Source of the DNA: Kofleriaceae bacterium
GTDB taxonomy: Bacteria; Myxococcota_A; Polyangia; Haliangiales; Haliangiaceae
Assembly (NCBI GenBank): GCA_046597055.1
Contig: JBKJLC010000283.1
Location: 25,180 to 89,179, forward strand
Direction of reading: 5' to 3'
Length of the DNA: 64,000 bases
The number at the start of each line of letters is the position of its first letter. The first letter of the stretch is position 1. This document shows positions 57,919 through 64,000 of this stretch, one piece after another. The translations under genes and the position numbers were made by a program. The notes under the pieces are model-generated. The model saw only the letters and a program-made list of their open reading frames with translations, had not been told where the DNA came from and did not search any database.

Positions 57919-59253
57919 ATGCAGGGACGCGGGCTGTGTGTGGTGGTGGCTTCGCTCTGGGGGATCGCCGCATGCGGCGGGGGCGACGACGACCCGCCCG
58001 CGGTCGACGCCGCCGTCGACGCCAGCCCCACCGCGCTCGACGCCGCGAGCGGCCCCAGCGCCGACCACGTCTTCGACCCCACCCGGGTCGCGCGCTACCA
58101 GCTCACGATCGCGCCGGCCGACTGGCAGTGGCTGCAGGATCACGCGCGCGACGAGGTCTACGTCGCCGCCGACCTGCGCGAAGGCGAGCACACGCTCGGG
58201 CAGATCGCGGTCCGCTACAAGGGCGCGGTCGGCAGCCTCGCGCTGTGCTTCGACCGGCAGGGCAATCGCACCTGTCCGAAGCTCTCCATGAAGCTCAAGT
58301 TCGACGAGTACGTGACCGGTCAGCGCTACGCCGGCCTGAAGCGCCTCAACTTCCATGCGATGTCGCGCGACCCGTCCCACATGAAGGACCGGCTCGGCTA
58401 CCAGCTGTTCCGCGCCGCCGGCGTGCCGGCCCCGCGCACCGCGCATGCGCGCCTGGCCGTGAACGGCGAGGACCTCGGCCTGTTCGTGGTGGTCGAGGCG
58501 ATCGACGGCGAGTTCGCCGAGGATCACTTCCGCGCGGTCGACGGCGGCGAGGGCAACCTCTACAAGGAGGTGTGGCCGGTCCACGCCGGCCCCGCGCCCT
58601 ACCAGGACGCGCTCGAGACCAATCAGGCCACGCCCGACGTCAGCCGCATGGTGCGGTTCGCCGCCGCGCTGGCCGCCGCCGACGCCACGACCTTCCGCGC
58701 GACCCTCACCGCCTGGACCGACGTCCCGACCCTGGTGAGCTACCTCGCGGTCGATCGGTTGATCGATCACTGGGACGGCATCGTCGGCTGGTACTGCAAC
58801 CAGGCCGGGACCGCCTGCATCAACCACAACTACTACTGGTACGAGGGGCAGGGCCGCGACCGCATGTGGCTCCTGCCGTGGGATCTGGACAACACCATGA
58901 TGGTGCCGAGCCCGATCCGGACCGCCTACGGCATGCCCGACTGGGACGCCGCGCCGACCGACTGCGCGCCGCGGATGATCTTTCTCGGCTTCTACGGCAA
59001 GCCGCCCGCGTGTGATCGACTCACCCACTTGATGGCCACCGTGCTGCGCGACGACTATCGCGCCCGCACGACCCAGCTGCTGGCGGGCCCGGCCGGGCCC
59101 GACGTGATGGAGGCCGAGATCGCCCAGATGGAGGCATTGCTCGGACCGGAGGTCGCCGCCGATCCGCACGGCCCCGGCACGGCCGCCTGGCAGCAGGCGG
59201 TCGCCGATCTACGCGCCGACCTGCCGGCGCTGCGCGCCCGCGTCGCGCCCTGA
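57919..59253 (+). CDS. cotH: CotH-family kinase lipoprotein
   Basis: GGAGG RBS, lipobox IAAC, VRYKG..GS, GLKRLN, GVPAPR, GNLYKE, HWDG, HNYY and LLPWDLD. Confidence 0.9.
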   Translation: MQGRGLCVVVASLWGIAACGGGDDDPPAVDAAVDASPTALDAASGPSADHVFDPTRVARYQLTIAPADWQWLQDHARDEVYVAADLREGEHTLGQIAVRYKGAVGSLALCFDRQGNRTCPKLSMKLKFDEYVTGQRYAGLKRLNFHAMSRDPSHMKDRLGYQLFRAAGVPAPRTAHARLAVNGEDLGLFVVVEAIDGEFAEDHFRAVDGGEGNLYKEVWPVHAGPAPYQDALETNQATPDVSRMVRFAAALAAADATTFRATLTAWTDVPTLVSYLAVDRLIDHWDGIVGWYCNQAGTACINHNYYWYEGQGRDRMWLLPWDLDNTMMVPSPIRTAYGMPDWDAAPTDCAPRMIFLGFYGKPPACDRLTHLMATVLRDDYRARTTQLLAGPAGPDVMEAEIAQMEALLGPEVAADPHGPGTAAWQQAVADLRADLPALRARVAP

Positions 59254-59505
59254 CGTGCGCTGGCGCCGCGTCGCAAGCGATCGCGCGGCCCCTGGCAAGT
59301 GACGATCGCTCGCCGGTGACGAGCGGGGGCCACAAGATGCCCGCCAGCGACCTGGTCGGCGGTCAGAGCTGGGAGCGGCTCGAGTAGGGCTGCTCGCCCC
59401 GCTACCGCCCCCTGCCACCGATCGTACGCACCCCTGCTGGCTGGTCCGACCTCTAACGGTCTGATCTCCCTCGTGTTTCAACTGGACGCGGGTGTCAGCG
59501 CATGG

Positions 59506-59551
59506 CTAGACTGACGTGTCAGTACAGTCCTAGACTGACGCGTCAGTCTAG
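59506..59551. promoter_or_regulatory. Tandem 22-bp palindromic operator sites overlapping a putative -10
   Basis: CTAGACTGACGTGTCAGTACAG (59506-59527) and perfect CTAGACTGACGCGTCAGTCTAG (59530-59551). TGGACG-N18-TAGACT promoter-like pair. Confidence 0.75.
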
Positions 59552-59600
59552 CGCTTCGCGCGCATCACGCCCGGCAGCCGGGCCTGGCAGAGGAAAACGA

Positions 59601-63161
<3,561 letters not shown>

Positions 63162-63201
63162 ACCCTTCTGCACGTGAACTGACAAGGATCCAGGAGACAC
63201 C

Positions 63202-64000
<799 letters not shown>

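Noticed and set aside
59502..59600. Upstream ATG 59502 as the activase start
   Set aside because: It runs through the operator palindromes. ATG 59601 has an RBS and is followed directly by the conserved IGVDVGS motif.

Overview
Very GC-rich (roughly 70-75% by eye), gene-dense bacterial DNA. Its content points to a myxobacterium (Myxococcota): Hanks-type kinase-AAA-TPR fusions, Myxococcus Cys-rich repeats, CotH kinases and many lipoproteins. This taxonomy is an inference. About 35 CDS are supported. They comprise a TPR-zincin / GAF histidine kinase / Gld-like ABC / DUF4340 operon, a peptide ABC module with two binding proteins and no ATPase, two tandem Ser/Thr kinase paralogs plus a collapsed in-frame mini-copy, an ice-binding (DUF3494)-CotH pair, a PQQ-dehydrogenase/dihaem fusion, a maltose-type ABC system, PLD-TetR, a third kinase, DUF917, an S8 protease, a CBM35-cytochrome c protein, a cytochrome c plus truncated VioB/StaD-like pair, a second CotH, and an acyl-CoA dehydratase activase operon that runs off the right end. 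I found no rRNA, tRNA, CRISPR array or transposase. Four observations stand out: (1) a recurring -10-like hexamer 6 nt before start codons (leaderless architecture), which in both tandem kinases precedes an 8-codon uORF ending in a GTGA overlap with the kinase start; (2) a VioB-like protein lacking its ferritin-like domain, paired with a lipoprotein cytochrome c; (3) a 156-nt nested inverted-repeat element beside att-like repeats near the left end; (4) a tandem 22-bp palindromic operator upstream of the activase. All family calls come from motif recognition by eye, not database searches.
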